The translations under genes were made by a program, and so were the position numbers. This document shows positions 48,951-59,392 of a stretch of 64,000 bases of DNA, piece after piece. The stretch lies in assembly GCA_038227875.1 (NCBI GenBank), contig JBBRPR010000033.1:29580-93579 (forward strand), read 5' to 3'. Under the pieces are notes generated by a model. That model made no database searches, was not told the DNA's origin, and saw only the letters and a list, made by a program, of their open reading frames with translations. How positions within the stretch are numbered: the stretch's first letter is position 1; the number at the start of each line of letters is the position of its first letter. This DNA is from Planctomycetota bacterium (GTDB taxonomy: Bacteria; Planctomycetota; SZUA-567; H5-PLA8).

Positions 48951-49736
48951 TTACGTAAGTGGCGCCGGCTCACCCCAGACAATTTCCGCCGAGATTGACT
49001 GTTCCACGACCGACTTCGTATGCTTTGCTACAACCTGCCTGACGGCTTCATCGAACTCTTCGGCCGCCTCAAGTTGCATTCTCTGTCGGGAAAAACTGGC
49101 GCGGCCATGAAACGATTCGACGTATTCATCAAGCGATTGAACGAATGGAATCTGCGATGTTCGATGCCGGCCGATTTCGCGAAATAAGTTCATTTCTTTG
49201 AGAACTTGGATCATGTCATATGCTTGGTAATTCTGAATTGTCGAATATTTTCGTATGAGCGCCAGTAACTCGCTATTCCATTTCGGTGGCGACGCGTCAA
49301 CGGTAGCGATTGCCAAGTGGCATTTGGGGCGAAGAAGTGATCTAAATCGTGGCAGGACAATTTCCCAGTTCATCCAATGAAGGCTATCGCCGGCCAAGAT
49401 TAGGTCATATGTTCGATGGAGAGGAATATCCTCCATGTGGCCAACTATCCAATTTATCATTTTACTGTTACCGTTCGGCAGATACCGGGCGCGAGCAATC
49501 ATGGCGGCCGAAGCGTCCACTGCATCGACAAGATGAACGGCGTCGACCATATTGCGTGCAATTACGCCCGTCCCGCATCCTACGTCGAGCACGCATCCAT
49601 GCGCACCGCCTGCTAACTGCGTTAAGAACTTGAATGCCTCGACGGGATAGCCGGGGCGATGTTGATATGCTTCAACAACGCTTTGATCTTGAAAAGATTC
49701 GGCAACCTGAGCGGAAAGAAAATTGGGTTTGGCCAT
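48951..49736 (-). CDS. Class I SAM-dependent methyltransferase
   Basis: Y..RP.YP, VLDVGCGTG, VDAS.AM, SLHWM, L.P...LA. Confidence 0.9.
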   Translation of the reverse strand: MAKPNFLSAQVAESFQDQSVVEAYQHRPGYPVEAFKFLTQLAGGAHGCVLDVGCGTGVIARNMVDAVHLVDAVDASAAMIARARYLPNGNSKMINWIVGHMEDIPLHRTYDLILAGDSLHWMNWEIVLPRFRSLLRPKCHLAIATVDASPPKWNSELLALIRKYSTIQNYQAYDMIQVLKEMNLFREIGRHRTSQIPFVQSLDEYVESFHGRASFSRQRMQLEAAEEFDEAVRQVVAKHTKSVVEQSISAEIVWGEPAPLT

Positions 49737-49952
49737 CCCCGCATTCTAGTGCCCTCCCGCCCCTTCAGCCAACTTTTCCTGCTTACCACTTCCAGCCGCT
49801 ACACCCTCCAGGGGCCGTAATCCGCAGGTCGCAAGTGATCGGCATATGGGGACGCGCTGGGCCGCCCAGAATCGCTCCCCAGACGCCGTCAGAACTTGCC
49901 CCGAAGGCTTCCGTCCCAGTCATTCCCCTGACTTCCATGCTACAATCCGCCC

Positions 49953-50144
49953 ATGCGCCTATTGCTCCTCGTCCTCGTGATGGCCGGATCGCTGGCCGCG
50001 TCCGAGCCTGCGCACGCCGATCCGCTTTTGGACGGCATGGAGTCAGTGGGCGACTACGCTTTCACCACGATCATCGTGCCCACAACCCGTAGGCGCGAAT
50101 CCACGTCGCCCCCGCCGCTTCGCGCAGTTCAGTGGGTGCGATGA
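49953..50144 (+). CDS. Short signal-peptide ORF, probably a truncated secreted-protein remnant
   Basis: MRLLLLVLVMAGSLAA signal; TG-C-TACAAT 6 nt before ATG. Confidence 0.4.
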   Translation: MRLLLLVLVMAGSLAASEPAHADPLLDGMESVGDYAFTTIIVPTTRRRESTSPPPLRAVQWVR

Positions 50145-50390
50145 GCGTTTGGACCACGCTAACGCTGATGAACCGGCGCGTTGCACCCCGAGCATACTTT
50201 GATTCTCAAAACGTTTAAGCTGTTGCGGAAGGTTTGCCGGCGCCATGAATAGCTCGAGGAACGCAGCAACGAATTTCCTTGGAAGATGGGTTGAAACCCA
50301 TCAAAGCTTCGAATACCAAACTCTTGCTTAGCTTCCATAAAGTTGTATCGTCAGTGCAGTACTATCATTATGTGTGAAACACGAGGTAAA

Positions 50391-53177
50391 ATGTTATCCG
50401 ACGGCGCGATATTACCTTCCGTTTCAACTCCTGCTCAGACACGCAAGACAATGAGCGTTTTGTTCATCGGGCTTCCCATACTTTCGGCAGCCGTTATTTG
50501 TGCCGGAGCTTGGTGCTATTACCAACTTCAATTCGATCATACACTCCGTACCGCTCGTGAATCGCTCAATGATATTGCCGATCTGAAATCGCAAAGTATT
50601 ACACAATGGCTCAATGAACGTCGCGGCGATGCGGAGATTGTTCGCACCAGCATGCTCGGCAGAGGCATGATAAACGATCCCAGTAGCGTCACGCCCCGTA
50701 ACGCAGAAGTTATCAACGTATTCCTTAATGTTTACGGCTACGCCGCGGTCGTCTTCGCCAATTCCAAGGGTGAGGTCCGGGCAAAGAGGCCGCTCAACTA
50801 TGAACTCCAAACAGATTCCGTGGCAGAATACATAAAAGTCTCTTTAAACACCAATAAAATTGTGTTTTCGGACTTGGATCGGGACGGGCCGAATGGCTCA
50901 ACCTTATTGTGGATCTCGTGCCCGGTGTTTACCCAATTGCAGACCACTGGCCCGCCTGACGGCGCTGCCCTGCTGGTCATCGATCCGCACGTATTTCTTT
51001 ATCCGATGCTACACAGATGGCCCACGCCCAGCCAATCGGCACAGGCGCTACTTGTATTGAATAAGGATGGACGGATTGAATATCTTAACGAGTCTCCGTG
51101 CAAATCCGGCAATGGCGTTTCTCCAGCGAAGGTGCTGGATTCGCAGTTGCCCGCTTTGGCTACCGTAATTGCCCAGTCCAACGACGGTATTTTTGAGGCG
51201 GTGGATGATAACGGTACTCCGATCCTTGCATCGGTAACCAAGATAGCAGGCACGCCGTGGACACTCGTTACCAAGATGAACGAAAGCGAAGTTCTTTTGC
51301 CTCTTCGCAAGGAGGCTTGGGTCGTCAGTTTGTTTTCGGGCCTGCTGCTGATCGTCCTAGCGATGGGTGCGGGTCTGGTGTGGAGGCAGCAGAAGCTGGT
51401 CCATGTGCGCGAAAGCGAGGCACGTTTCAGGGCGCTCATTGAACAAGCTCCGGTGGCAGCCAGCATTACCAAGGATCTAAAGACAGTCTATGTCAACCAG
51501 AAATATCTTACTCAGTACGGCTTCCAACGTGTGGAAGAACTGATAGGGCAACCCGCCAGCCGCCAGTGGGCACCGGAATGCCGTCAGCTAATCATGGATC
51601 GCGCCACGCAACGCATGCGCGGAGAGCCAGTACCAGCCGACTATGAAGCGACCGGTCAGCGGAAAGACGGCACTCAATTTCCCGTGCATGTCTCCGTGGG
51701 GATTGTCGATCTCCCCGATGGTCCAGCGTCGCTGGCTTTCCTGACCGACATAACGGAGCGCAAACAGGCAGCGGAGGCGATCTCTCTATTTCGCGCACTG
51801 GTGGATCGCGCCAACGATGCCATTGAAGTTATTGAACCTGGCTCCGGGCGGTTTCTGGATGTGAATGAATTGGCGAGTAAAGTGCACGGCTATTCGCGTC
51901 AAGAATACTTGAAAATGACAGTATTTGAAATCGATCCCCAAATGGGCAATTCAGGATGGACCAAGCATATCGCAGCGCTGAAGGAGCATGGATTCCAGGT
52001 ATTCGAGACGTTGCACAAACGCAAGGATGGCTCCATCTTTCCCGTCGAGATTAACGCCAGTTACGTCCATCTGGATCGCGATTATGTGTTGGCAATCGTG
52101 CGTGACATGACGGAGCGACAACGATTTGAAGATGAGCGCCGGCGCCACGAACGCCTCTCCTCGCTGGGGCTGCTGGCGACCGGTGTGGCGCACGACTTCA
52201 ACAATGTGCTGCACGTCGTCCTATGCGGAAGCCAACTCATTCGTACGTCCTCAGACCGTGGGCGTATTGAAAAGCTCGCGGGACAAATCAGCACCGCCGC
52301 CGTCCAAGCGCAGGAAGTCGTGAAGGGACTTTTGACATTTGCACGTCAGAATAAAACGACGCCACAAGTATTTGAGGCGCATGAATCGGTGCGCACCGCC
52401 GTGGCGATCTTCGGCATTTCAGGAAGAAGTATTCAAGTAGACCTATCGGGTCTACAAGCGCCATTCAGCCACATCCTTGGATACAGCGCCGTGCTCCAGA
52501 ACGCAGTCTTGAATCTCTGCCTGAACGCTCGGGACGCGATGCCGCTGGGCGGAAAGATCGTCATCTGCAGCGATACTGAAGAATTGGATCAGGCCGCAGC
52601 GGTCAGGCTTCGTCCCTTCGCAGTTGCGCTCGCACCGCATTGGCGGCTCTCGGTCTCGGACGAAGGCACAGGAATGGATGCGGAGACGATCCGGAAATGT
52701 TTCGAGCCATTCTTCACGACCAAGGGGGAACGAGGAACCGGAATGGGTCTGGCCACGGTTCATGCGGCGGCTGTCGAACATCATGGCGCGGTGCGTGTGG
52801 AAAGCGAAGTTGGACGCGGAACGACATTTACACTCTGGCTCCCGCTATGTACGGGTACAAACATGCAATGGTCAACCGTGCGAACTGCCCTTGACGAGGC
52901 GGTGCGGCCGACGCGACATCTGAATCTCGAAACCGCGGCTGCACAAGCCGCGGATGTGAGTACGGATGCCATCGCCGAGCAGTTACAAGCCCTGCCAATA
53001 AACCACCGTGAGCGCATTCTCTTGCTGGCTCGAACACTCGACGCGGAGTTATTAGCGAAGATGGCGGAAGATCTGGCCGTGGATTACCCAATCGTGGCGC
53101 AGTTCTTACGGCGTAGCGTGGAGCAGCTCGATTTCGATGCGTTAAATGAGATCATGAATGCCCCGATCAAGCGCTGA
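50391..53177 (+). CDS. Cache/PAS-domain sensor histidine kinase lacking a receiver domain
   Basis: TM-periplasmic-TM, two PAS (RKDG..FPV), GVAHDFNN, NLCLNARDAM, FEPFFTTKG..GTGMGL; start could be 50370-50451. Confidence 0.9.
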   Translation: MLSDGAILPSVSTPAQTRKTMSVLFIGLPILSAAVICAGAWCYYQLQFDHTLRTARESLNDIADLKSQSITQWLNERRGDAEIVRTSMLGRGMINDPSSVTPRNAEVINVFLNVYGYAAVVFANSKGEVRAKRPLNYELQTDSVAEYIKVSLNTNKIVFSDLDRDGPNGSTLLWISCPVFTQLQTTGPPDGAALLVIDPHVFLYPMLHRWPTPSQSAQALLVLNKDGRIEYLNESPCKSGNGVSPAKVLDSQLPALATVIAQSNDGIFEAVDDNGTPILASVTKIAGTPWTLVTKMNESEVLLPLRKEAWVVSLFSGLLLIVLAMGAGLVWRQQKLVHVRESEARFRALIEQAPVAASITKDLKTVYVNQKYLTQYGFQRVEELIGQPASRQWAPECRQLIMDRATQRMRGEPVPADYEATGQRKDGTQFPVHVSVGIVDLPDGPASLAFLTDITERKQAAEAISLFRALVDRANDAIEVIEPGSGRFLDVNELASKVHGYSRQEYLKMTVFEIDPQMGNSGWTKHIAALKEHGFQVFETLHKRKDGSIFPVEINASYVHLDRDYVLAIVRDMTERQRFEDERRRHERLSSLGLLATGVAHDFNNVLHVVLCGSQLIRTSSDRGRIEKLAGQISTAAVQAQEVVKGLLTFARQNKTTPQVFEAHESVRTAVAIFGISGRSIQVDLSGLQAPFSHILGYSAVLQNAVLNLCLNARDAMPLGGKIVICSDTEELDQAAAVRLRPFAVALAPHWRLSVSDEGTGMDAETIRKCFEPFFTTKGERGTGMGLATVHAAAVEHHGAVRVESEVGRGTTFTLWLPLCTGTNMQWSTVRTALDEAVRPTRHLNLETAAAQAADVSTDAIAEQLQALPINHRERILLLARTLDAELLAKMAEDLAVDYPIVAQFLRRSVEQLDFDALNEIMNAPIKR

Positions 53178-53357
53178 TACCGAATGCGACTGGAAATCGC
53201 TTCTGCGCCAATCTCCATATTAAGGTGTTAGCCTGGTTATCGACTATAGTTGCGTGGGTATACGCCGAGATACTAGTTCCGATGAACTTGGATGTAACAG
53301 GCGCAAGCGGCTGAAATCGCGCCACGCATCAACTGTCGGCCCCGCACGGAGACAGAG

Positions 53358-53531
53358 ATGACCAAAGCCGACATCGTAAATCAGATCACAGACCAAACGT
53401 GCGTTCAGCATCAGCAGGTCCAGGCGGTGGTGCAACTCACGTTCGATCACATCGTCGACGCGCTGGTTCGGGATGGAAGAATCGAGCTGCGCGACTTTGG
53501 CGTGTTTGAAACACGACCGTGTGCGTGCTGA
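53358..53531 (+). pseudogene. HU/IHF copy 3, diverged and truncated after FGVFETR
   Basis: MTKADIVNQITDQT.VQHQQV.AVVQLTFDHIVDALVRDGRIELRDFGVFETR then PCAC*; same ggagacag RBS context. Confidence 0.85.
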
Positions 53532-53887
53532 CCCCGTAGCGTGCTAGTTTTAGTCGTGGGGCTATACTTGACGCTGACACCCCAGGGACCATAGGAGCCG
53601 CCAATGTGAGCATGAATCGGCGTACCGGTCATCGTCCGCAGTTTTCCCGCGCGTTCCGGCGTCAAATTGGCTTCTCCCCCAGGGCGTATAAACAACGAGC
53701 AGTTCCTGATCTAAGACAACTGCACGTGTAGCCTCACCACATAATATTGCTCCACTCTATTCGAATTTGGGAAAACTGCGCAAACCACCTTTGGTACGAC
53801 CATTGCGCCTTGTGTCGATATGTGCGACCTGCCGCCCATTAGAACTTACCGACAAACGGCAAATCTTGCAGCGAGTTGAGGTGTTTC

Positions 53888-56800
53888 ATGTATCGGATGT
53901 CCAATATATCGGTCACTTGTATTGGAATAGGAATGGCCATTTTCTGCACAGCCATTTCTGCCGCACAGCCCCGAATAAGCCTCGACACGCCTCGTGGTGG
54001 AGAGACTTACATTGTAGGGCAGGAACAGATTGTCCGCATTGTCTCCCGTCTCAAGTCCGCCGAAATCTATTTAAGCCGTGATGGTGGAGAAAATTTTGAG
54101 AGGCTGGGCACGATCGATGGCTTGTCCAAAGATCTTGCGAAGCGCACCACGTTAGCGTGGACTGTTGCTGGGACGCCATCGAACACCTGCGTCATAAAAG
54201 TCTCAAGTGGCGTATTCTCAACCACCTCCGGAATGTTTGCGATCACCCTTCCTCAAGCCAATGGGGCCACCGGCGGAAATGGAAATGCCGCCACAGGCGG
54301 AACTCCGGTGAACACCGACCAACTGGTCGATGGTTCTGTTACCACCTCCAAGTTTGCCGACGCATCCGTTACGACGCTCAAGCTCGCCGATGGCTCCGTT
54401 ACGACACCCAAACTGGCCGACGTTTCCGTGACCACGCCCAAGCTCGCCGATGGCGGGGTGACAACGTCGAAACTACTCGATCTCTCCGTCACCTCGCCCA
54501 AGATCAACTCCGGGCAGGCGTCCACGGATATGGTGCTCACGGCCGACGGTATTGGCGGAGCCAGTTGGCAGATGCTCCCCACAATCGCGCTCAAAACTGG
54601 AACGGATGTAATCACGGCGATCAACGATCCGGCGAGCACGGGCGTCATTAACGTCAACCGGCTGGATCCCAACGTCGCACTTAAGAGTGCCGTGAATATT
54701 TTTACACTGGGCCAGGTCATCCGGACCGGTGGTGATGCAAACGTTGGGCTGGTCATGAAAGGCAATTCGGTTTCGCAGAGCGCCGATCTCCAGCAATGGC
54801 AGGACGCGGCAGGCGCGGTGAAGGCCTCAGTCTCATCGGCTGGAGTACTGAGCGGCGATGGTTCGGGATTGACGAACCTGAACGCAGCGACGATTTCCCA
54901 AGGCGTACTGCCTGTCGCCAATGGCGGCACAGGCGCTGTCGCTTTAAATGGACTGGTTATTGGAAATGGAACGTCGCCGGCCACCAGCCTGAAGGTGAAT
55001 CTCGCCGGCGCGACAATTCCCTCTGTCACCGATGACGGCGCTGCCGGTTACGCTGTGGGCTCACGATGGGTGTATGTCAGCACCAAAGACGAATACGTCT
55101 GCACCGATTCCAAGCCCGGAGCCGCGGTGTGGAAGCGGACCACAGAGACGGCCGCCTCGACTTCGATGTTGAACAGTTCCATCAACGTGGGAAGCATCTC
55201 GGGGCTCTGTTTTGACGGCACCAATCTCTGGGCCGGCGCCGGAGATAGCACCAATTCGCTCCTGCGTATTGATTGCAACTCCGGCGCGTTCGTCGGCAAC
55301 CCCACGGGTGGGGGGAATATTATCGCCATTCGCTCGATCGGCGGATTCCTGTACGCGGTCGGTTCGAATAACCTGATCAAGATCGATCCAGCCACCGGTT
55401 CCGCTTTGGCCACCTGGACCGTCGCACCTCCTGGCGCGTACCTCAGCGACCTCTTGTATGACGGCAGCAGCATCTGGATTTGCGGTTATGAGGATCCCGC
55501 TCGGCTGATCAAAGTTAATCCCGCTGACGGTACGTTTGTCACGTACTTCCTTGCTGGAGCGCATTCCAGTTGGTCGCTCTCGTTTGATGGCACGAATATC
55601 TGGATGAGCACCGACGATTCACCGGGCACGGTTGTCAAGTTCGACCGCGCCAGCGAGACCTCGGTGGTTTATCCCGTGGGCTCGCAATACCTGGAAGGCC
55701 TGGTGTATGACGGCACAAAATTCTGGACCATTTCGAACACCAATCCCGCCATTCTCTACACCATCGATCCGGCTAGCGGCGCAGTATTAAATTCCTACAA
55801 CACCGGCTTGAATGGCGGCTTCGCGATGACCTTCGATGGCAAATACGTCTGGGCAGGTTTCTTCGAAGCGAAGATTTTAAGAATCGATCCATCGTCCCCG
55901 GCCAATTTTGTATCCTTCGTCATTCCGAGCACACGCACGCGGGCCATGGCGTCGAGTGGACAGTCCATGTGGGTGGCATCCGGCGGCAGTCCTACAATAC
56001 TGACCCGCTTGCCATCGTACTCGTCATCCACCAATTATCTGAACTCCGCTTACATCAGCAGCGTCCCCGCCGGCAATGCCCCGCTTCTGCTGGTTCAACC
56101 GGCCGGGACGGTGAATTTCAATACTGCAACCGCCACGCTATTCGGTGTGAACGGACCGTCCGCTTATGCCGGTAATCTCGCGGACTTTCAGGTCAACGGC
56201 ACGTCTGTTCTAAAGGTCTCGGGCACCAGCGGCATGGCTCTCAACGGCGCTCTCACCATCGCCGCCAATAACAATTTCCTCCAAAACGGCAGCGGCACAT
56301 TCGGCACGGGCTCTGGAGCCATTTCGCTCAACGGAAACGTAACGCTGGCCTCCGGAAAGACCTTTACACAAAGTGGCGCCGGCACCTTCAGCACGGGTAC
56401 CGGGGCCGTTACTCTGAACGGAGCCGTGACGGTCGCCGGCAACAACAATTTCACGCAGAACGCTGCGGGCACCGGCACGTTCACCACCGGCACTGGCGCA
56501 ATTGCGCTCAACGGCAACGTGACTCTTGCCTCCGGGAAGAATTTCGCTCAAAGTGGCGCGAGCACACTGACTACCGGCACCGGCGCCGTTACGCTCAATG
56601 GGCCCGTGAGCATCGCGACCAACAATTCCTTCAGCCAATCCGGCTCCGGTACGTTTGGCACCGGCACCGGCGCGATCTCGCTCAATGGACCGGTGACGCT
56701 CAGCGGCAACAACAATTTTACTCAAAATGCCGCGGGCACTGGCACCTTCACCACTGGGACCGGCGCGGTCTCGCTCAACGGGCCCGTGACGCTTGGCGGC

Positions 56801-57196
56801 AACGCGAATTTCACTCAGAATGCCGCAGGCACCGGCACCTTTACTACGGGGACTGGGGCAATCTCCCTCAATGGCAGTGTCACGCTCGCGTCCGGAAAGA
56901 ATTTTACGCAGAGCGGCGCTGGAACCTTCACCACTGGCACCGGCGCATTCACACTGGGCGGAAAATTGAACGTGCCCACGGGTGCCGCCGGAATCGCCGG
57001 CAACGCTACGCTCGTGGCCGGCACCGTCACCGTCACGACTTCCGCGGCCACCGCATCGTCTGTGATTATTCTGACCTATACAACGGTTGGCGGCACACAG
57101 GGCTTCCTGCGTGCGACCGCTGCAAGTGGATCGTTCACGATCACATCCAGCAGCGCCACCGACACCAGCCATGTCAATTGGTGGATCGTCAACTGA
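53888..57196 (+). CDS. Large secreted tail-fibre/adhesin-like mosaic protein
   Basis: Signal peptide; P.GGE/LSRDGG Ig-like domain; six 10-aa D.SVTT.KL repeats (54329-54505); FDG..W propeller blades; ~30-aa GTF.TG.GA..LNG.VT repeats; C-terminal ATLVAGTVTV...SFTITSSSATDTS.V.W. Confidence 0.8.
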   Translation: MYRMSNISVTCIGIGMAIFCTAISAAQPRISLDTPRGGETYIVGQEQIVRIVSRLKSAEIYLSRDGGENFERLGTIDGLSKDLAKRTTLAWTVAGTPSNTCVIKVSSGVFSTTSGMFAITLPQANGATGGNGNAATGGTPVNTDQLVDGSVTTSKFADASVTTLKLADGSVTTPKLADVSVTTPKLADGGVTTSKLLDLSVTSPKINSGQASTDMVLTADGIGGASWQMLPTIALKTGTDVITAINDPASTGVINVNRLDPNVALKSAVNIFTLGQVIRTGGDANVGLVMKGNSVSQSADLQQWQDAAGAVKASVSSAGVLSGDGSGLTNLNAATISQGVLPVANGGTGAVALNGLVIGNGTSPATSLKVNLAGATIPSVTDDGAAGYAVGSRWVYVSTKDEYVCTDSKPGAAVWKRTTETAASTSMLNSSINVGSISGLCFDGTNLWAGAGDSTNSLLRIDCNSGAFVGNPTGGGNIIAIRSIGGFLYAVGSNNLIKIDPATGSALATWTVAPPGAYLSDLLYDGSSIWICGYEDPARLIKVNPADGTFVTYFLAGAHSSWSLSFDGTNIWMSTDDSPGTVVKFDRASETSVVYPVGSQYLEGLVYDGTKFWTISNTNPAILYTIDPASGAVLNSYNTGLNGGFAMTFDGKYVWAGFFEAKILRIDPSSPANFVSFVIPSTRTRAMASSGQSMWVASGGSPTILTRLPSYSSSTNYLNSAYISSVPAGNAPLLLVQPAGTVNFNTATATLFGVNGPSAYAGNLADFQVNGTSVLKVSGTSGMALNGALTIAANNNFLQNGSGTFGTGSGAISLNGNVTLASGKTFTQSGAGTFSTGTGAVTLNGAVTVAGNNNFTQNAAGTGTFTTGTGAIALNGNVTLASGKNFAQSGASTLTTGTGAVTLNGPVSIATNNSFSQSGSGTFGTGTGAISLNGPVTLSGNNNFTQNAAGTGTFTTGTGAVSLNGPVTLGGNANFTQNAAGTGTFTTGTGAISLNGSVTLASGKNFTQSGAGTFTTGTGAFTLGGKLNVPTGAAGIAGNATLVAGTVTVTTSAATASSVIILTYTTVGGTQGFLRATAASGSFTITSSSATDTSHVNWWIVN

Positions 57197-57347
57197 TCGA
57201 ATAATCCAGCCTGCAAACAAATACCCGCCAATGATCCTCCTGATATTGCTTATTTTTATTCGACCATGTTATACATAAAAAAAGATATATCGAGTACCGC
57301 ACATGTCTGACGCCTCTGCGCGCACTGTTTAATTCAGCCGCGTATTC

Positions 57348-58925
57348 TTACCACGACATCAGCGGCAACTCCGGGCCGCCCGCTCCCGCCAACAGCGCCG
57401 AGCGCGATACAGCGCAACCGCGCGGATCGGCGATGACGCGGTCGAGCGCCAGCAGCGCCTGCATCAAGCTCCCCACCCCGTCCACCGCTTCGTAGTACGG
57501 TTTCGCCGGATGGCCGCGCAACAAGCCGCGGTGGTGCAGCCGCGAAATCGCGTCTACGGCAACCGCTCTCGCGTGGTCCAGATGTTCGGTGTTGGCCGTC
57601 AGCGCGAACAGTTGTGTGAACAACGAAATGGCGCGCGCGTAATGCCACGCGTACGTGCCGTGAATCGCCATCGTCTCGGCGTACGGCGCGTACCACGCGT
57701 GCGGACGTTCGCAGCGCCCTGCCGGCAAGGTCGACGCGATCCACGCTGCCCAACGCTCAGCTGTCTCCAGCATGTCCGCCTCGCCGGTCAGCGCGTGGGC
57801 ATGAGCGTAACACTGCGCGGCGACGAGTGGGTTTTCGTAACCAGCGACGTACGGCTGCCACAGATCCGTGTGGCCGCGCGGTTCGAAGAGCGAATAGTCG
57901 CCGCGGCTTAAGTCTCCAGTTGCCACATCGGTTTTGCCTTCCAGCACCGGCGAACCATCCAGCCGCAACGCGCCCCAGAATTTTCCCGTCCGCGCATCGT
58001 AACCATAGTGCGCATACGCGCGCAGGTGAGCCAGCGCGCGCTGCCGCAGCACATTGTCTCCGGTGAGAGTATACGCGCTGAGCAACCCGCGGCAGTACGG
58101 TCCCGGCACGGTGGTCGGAGAACAACTGCCGTCGAACCGGTTGCTACCCGCGTTGGGCCGTTCTGGAATCAGATTCGTCTCCGGATTGCGGCGCTCCCAG
58201 TAGTAGGAACTGATCAGCCGCGCGCGGTCGCGCCAGATCGTTTCACTGCTGACCTGTGCCAAAAACGCGAACGCGTGGATTAGCGCGCCGGCGGTCATCG
58301 AAAAGTCGCAGCCTTTATTTCCGTCGGCGTGGCGGTTGAGTTCCCCGGTGGCCTTGTCGATCACGTGCCACGTCCAGATGCCTTCGATTTCGCGCCGCAC
58401 CGCCGCGGGATTTTCGCGCCAGAGGATTTCCCACGCGTGCTCCTCGATCGCATGCAGTTCGTGCGGATTGCCGTCGTGCCCGTCGCGCTGCCGCGTGAAG
58501 AGATCGAAATGGCGGTGCCAGCCCCACCAGAACATCCCGTGTTCGTCGATCAAGTGTTCCATCGTCCACGCCGCATGCTTCCGCGCGGCCAGCGCGTAAC
58601 GGCCGTCACTGAAGATCACCGAAAGCGCCTGCAGCGACCGCAGCAGACTGTGATCGCAATTCAAATTCGCACCGGCCGGATTGCGCCGCCCGCGGCGCTG
58701 CACGCGGAATATTTCATCCAGCGGCAGCGGCTCGCGCGGGCAAGTGCGATCGCGCGCATCGAGAATGCTGACAAATTGCGGCGTCGGCTCCGCGCCGTAG
58801 CGGTCCCGGCCATGCTCCAGCAGGATGTCGGCGCAGCGCCGCACCCATTCCCTGAACGGCACGCGCGCGACCTCTTCTGGCGTGACATCGCGTGGCAGTG
58901 CTTCCAGCTCCAGTGCCGTCGACAT
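57348..58925 (-). CDS. Alpha/alpha-barrel protein, periplasmic pectate lyase (PL2)-like
   Basis: AD..LEHGRDRYG....P.F...LD, GANL..D..LLR.L..LS....D.RY, WGWH motifs; GGAGA RBS. Confidence 0.65.
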   Translation of the reverse strand: MSTALELEALPRDVTPEEVARVPFREWVRRCADILLEHGRDRYGAEPTPQFVSILDARDRTCPREPLPLDEIFRVQRRGRRNPAGANLNCDHSLLRSLQALSVIFSDGRYALAARKHAAWTMEHLIDEHGMFWWGWHRHFDLFTRQRDGHDGNPHELHAIEEHAWEILWRENPAAVRREIEGIWTWHVIDKATGELNRHADGNKGCDFSMTAGALIHAFAFLAQVSSETIWRDRARLISSYYWERRNPETNLIPERPNAGSNRFDGSCSPTTVPGPYCRGLLSAYTLTGDNVLRQRALAHLRAYAHYGYDARTGKFWGALRLDGSPVLEGKTDVATGDLSRGDYSLFEPRGHTDLWQPYVAGYENPLVAAQCYAHAHALTGEADMLETAERWAAWIASTLPAGRCERPHAWYAPYAETMAIHGTYAWHYARAISLFTQLFALTANTEHLDHARAVAVDAISRLHHRGLLRGHPAKPYYEAVDGVGSLMQALLALDRVIADPRGCAVSRSALLAGAGGPELPLMSW

Positions 58926-59105
58926 GCGGATTCTCCAGTGTCACTCTATGGTGACATCAAAGCCGCACAGAAAACATAGCATGGATGGCTATTTTCATGC
59001 GAATCTTGACGAACTTCCCGCATTAACCGGTCTCGTATCGCTCGCCGCAATCGGTCAAGTGGCTATTTTCGCCCCAAAACACGGCGAATCTGCTCCAGTA
59101 CCACC

Positions 59106-59392
59106 TTACGGCTTTTGAATTAAGTTCTCCCCGTCGTTCACGCTCAATTCGGCAGCGTACCCCGAGGTGAATATTATCCTGGCGCTTGGACGAGCAATGC
59201 GCATCTTCGTCGCCATCTCCAGCCCACCCATGCGCGGCATGGTCATATCGGTAACCACGAGATCAATGGCGCCGGGGTCATTGCTCCAGATTCGCAGTCC
59301 CTCGTCCCCGTTCTCCGCGGTGATTGCTCCATAGCCGCAATCCTACAAGGCCTCCCGCAGGCAATCCCGCACGTTTCCTTCACCACGATCAT
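59106..59392 (-). pseudogene. Response-regulator receiver-domain remnant
   Basis: Manual translation NVRDCLREAL*DCGY..ITAENGDEGL...IDLVVTDMTMPRMGGLE...IIFTSGY...LIQKP*, with an internal TAG at 59343..59345 and an N-terminal frameshift. Confidence 0.8.
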
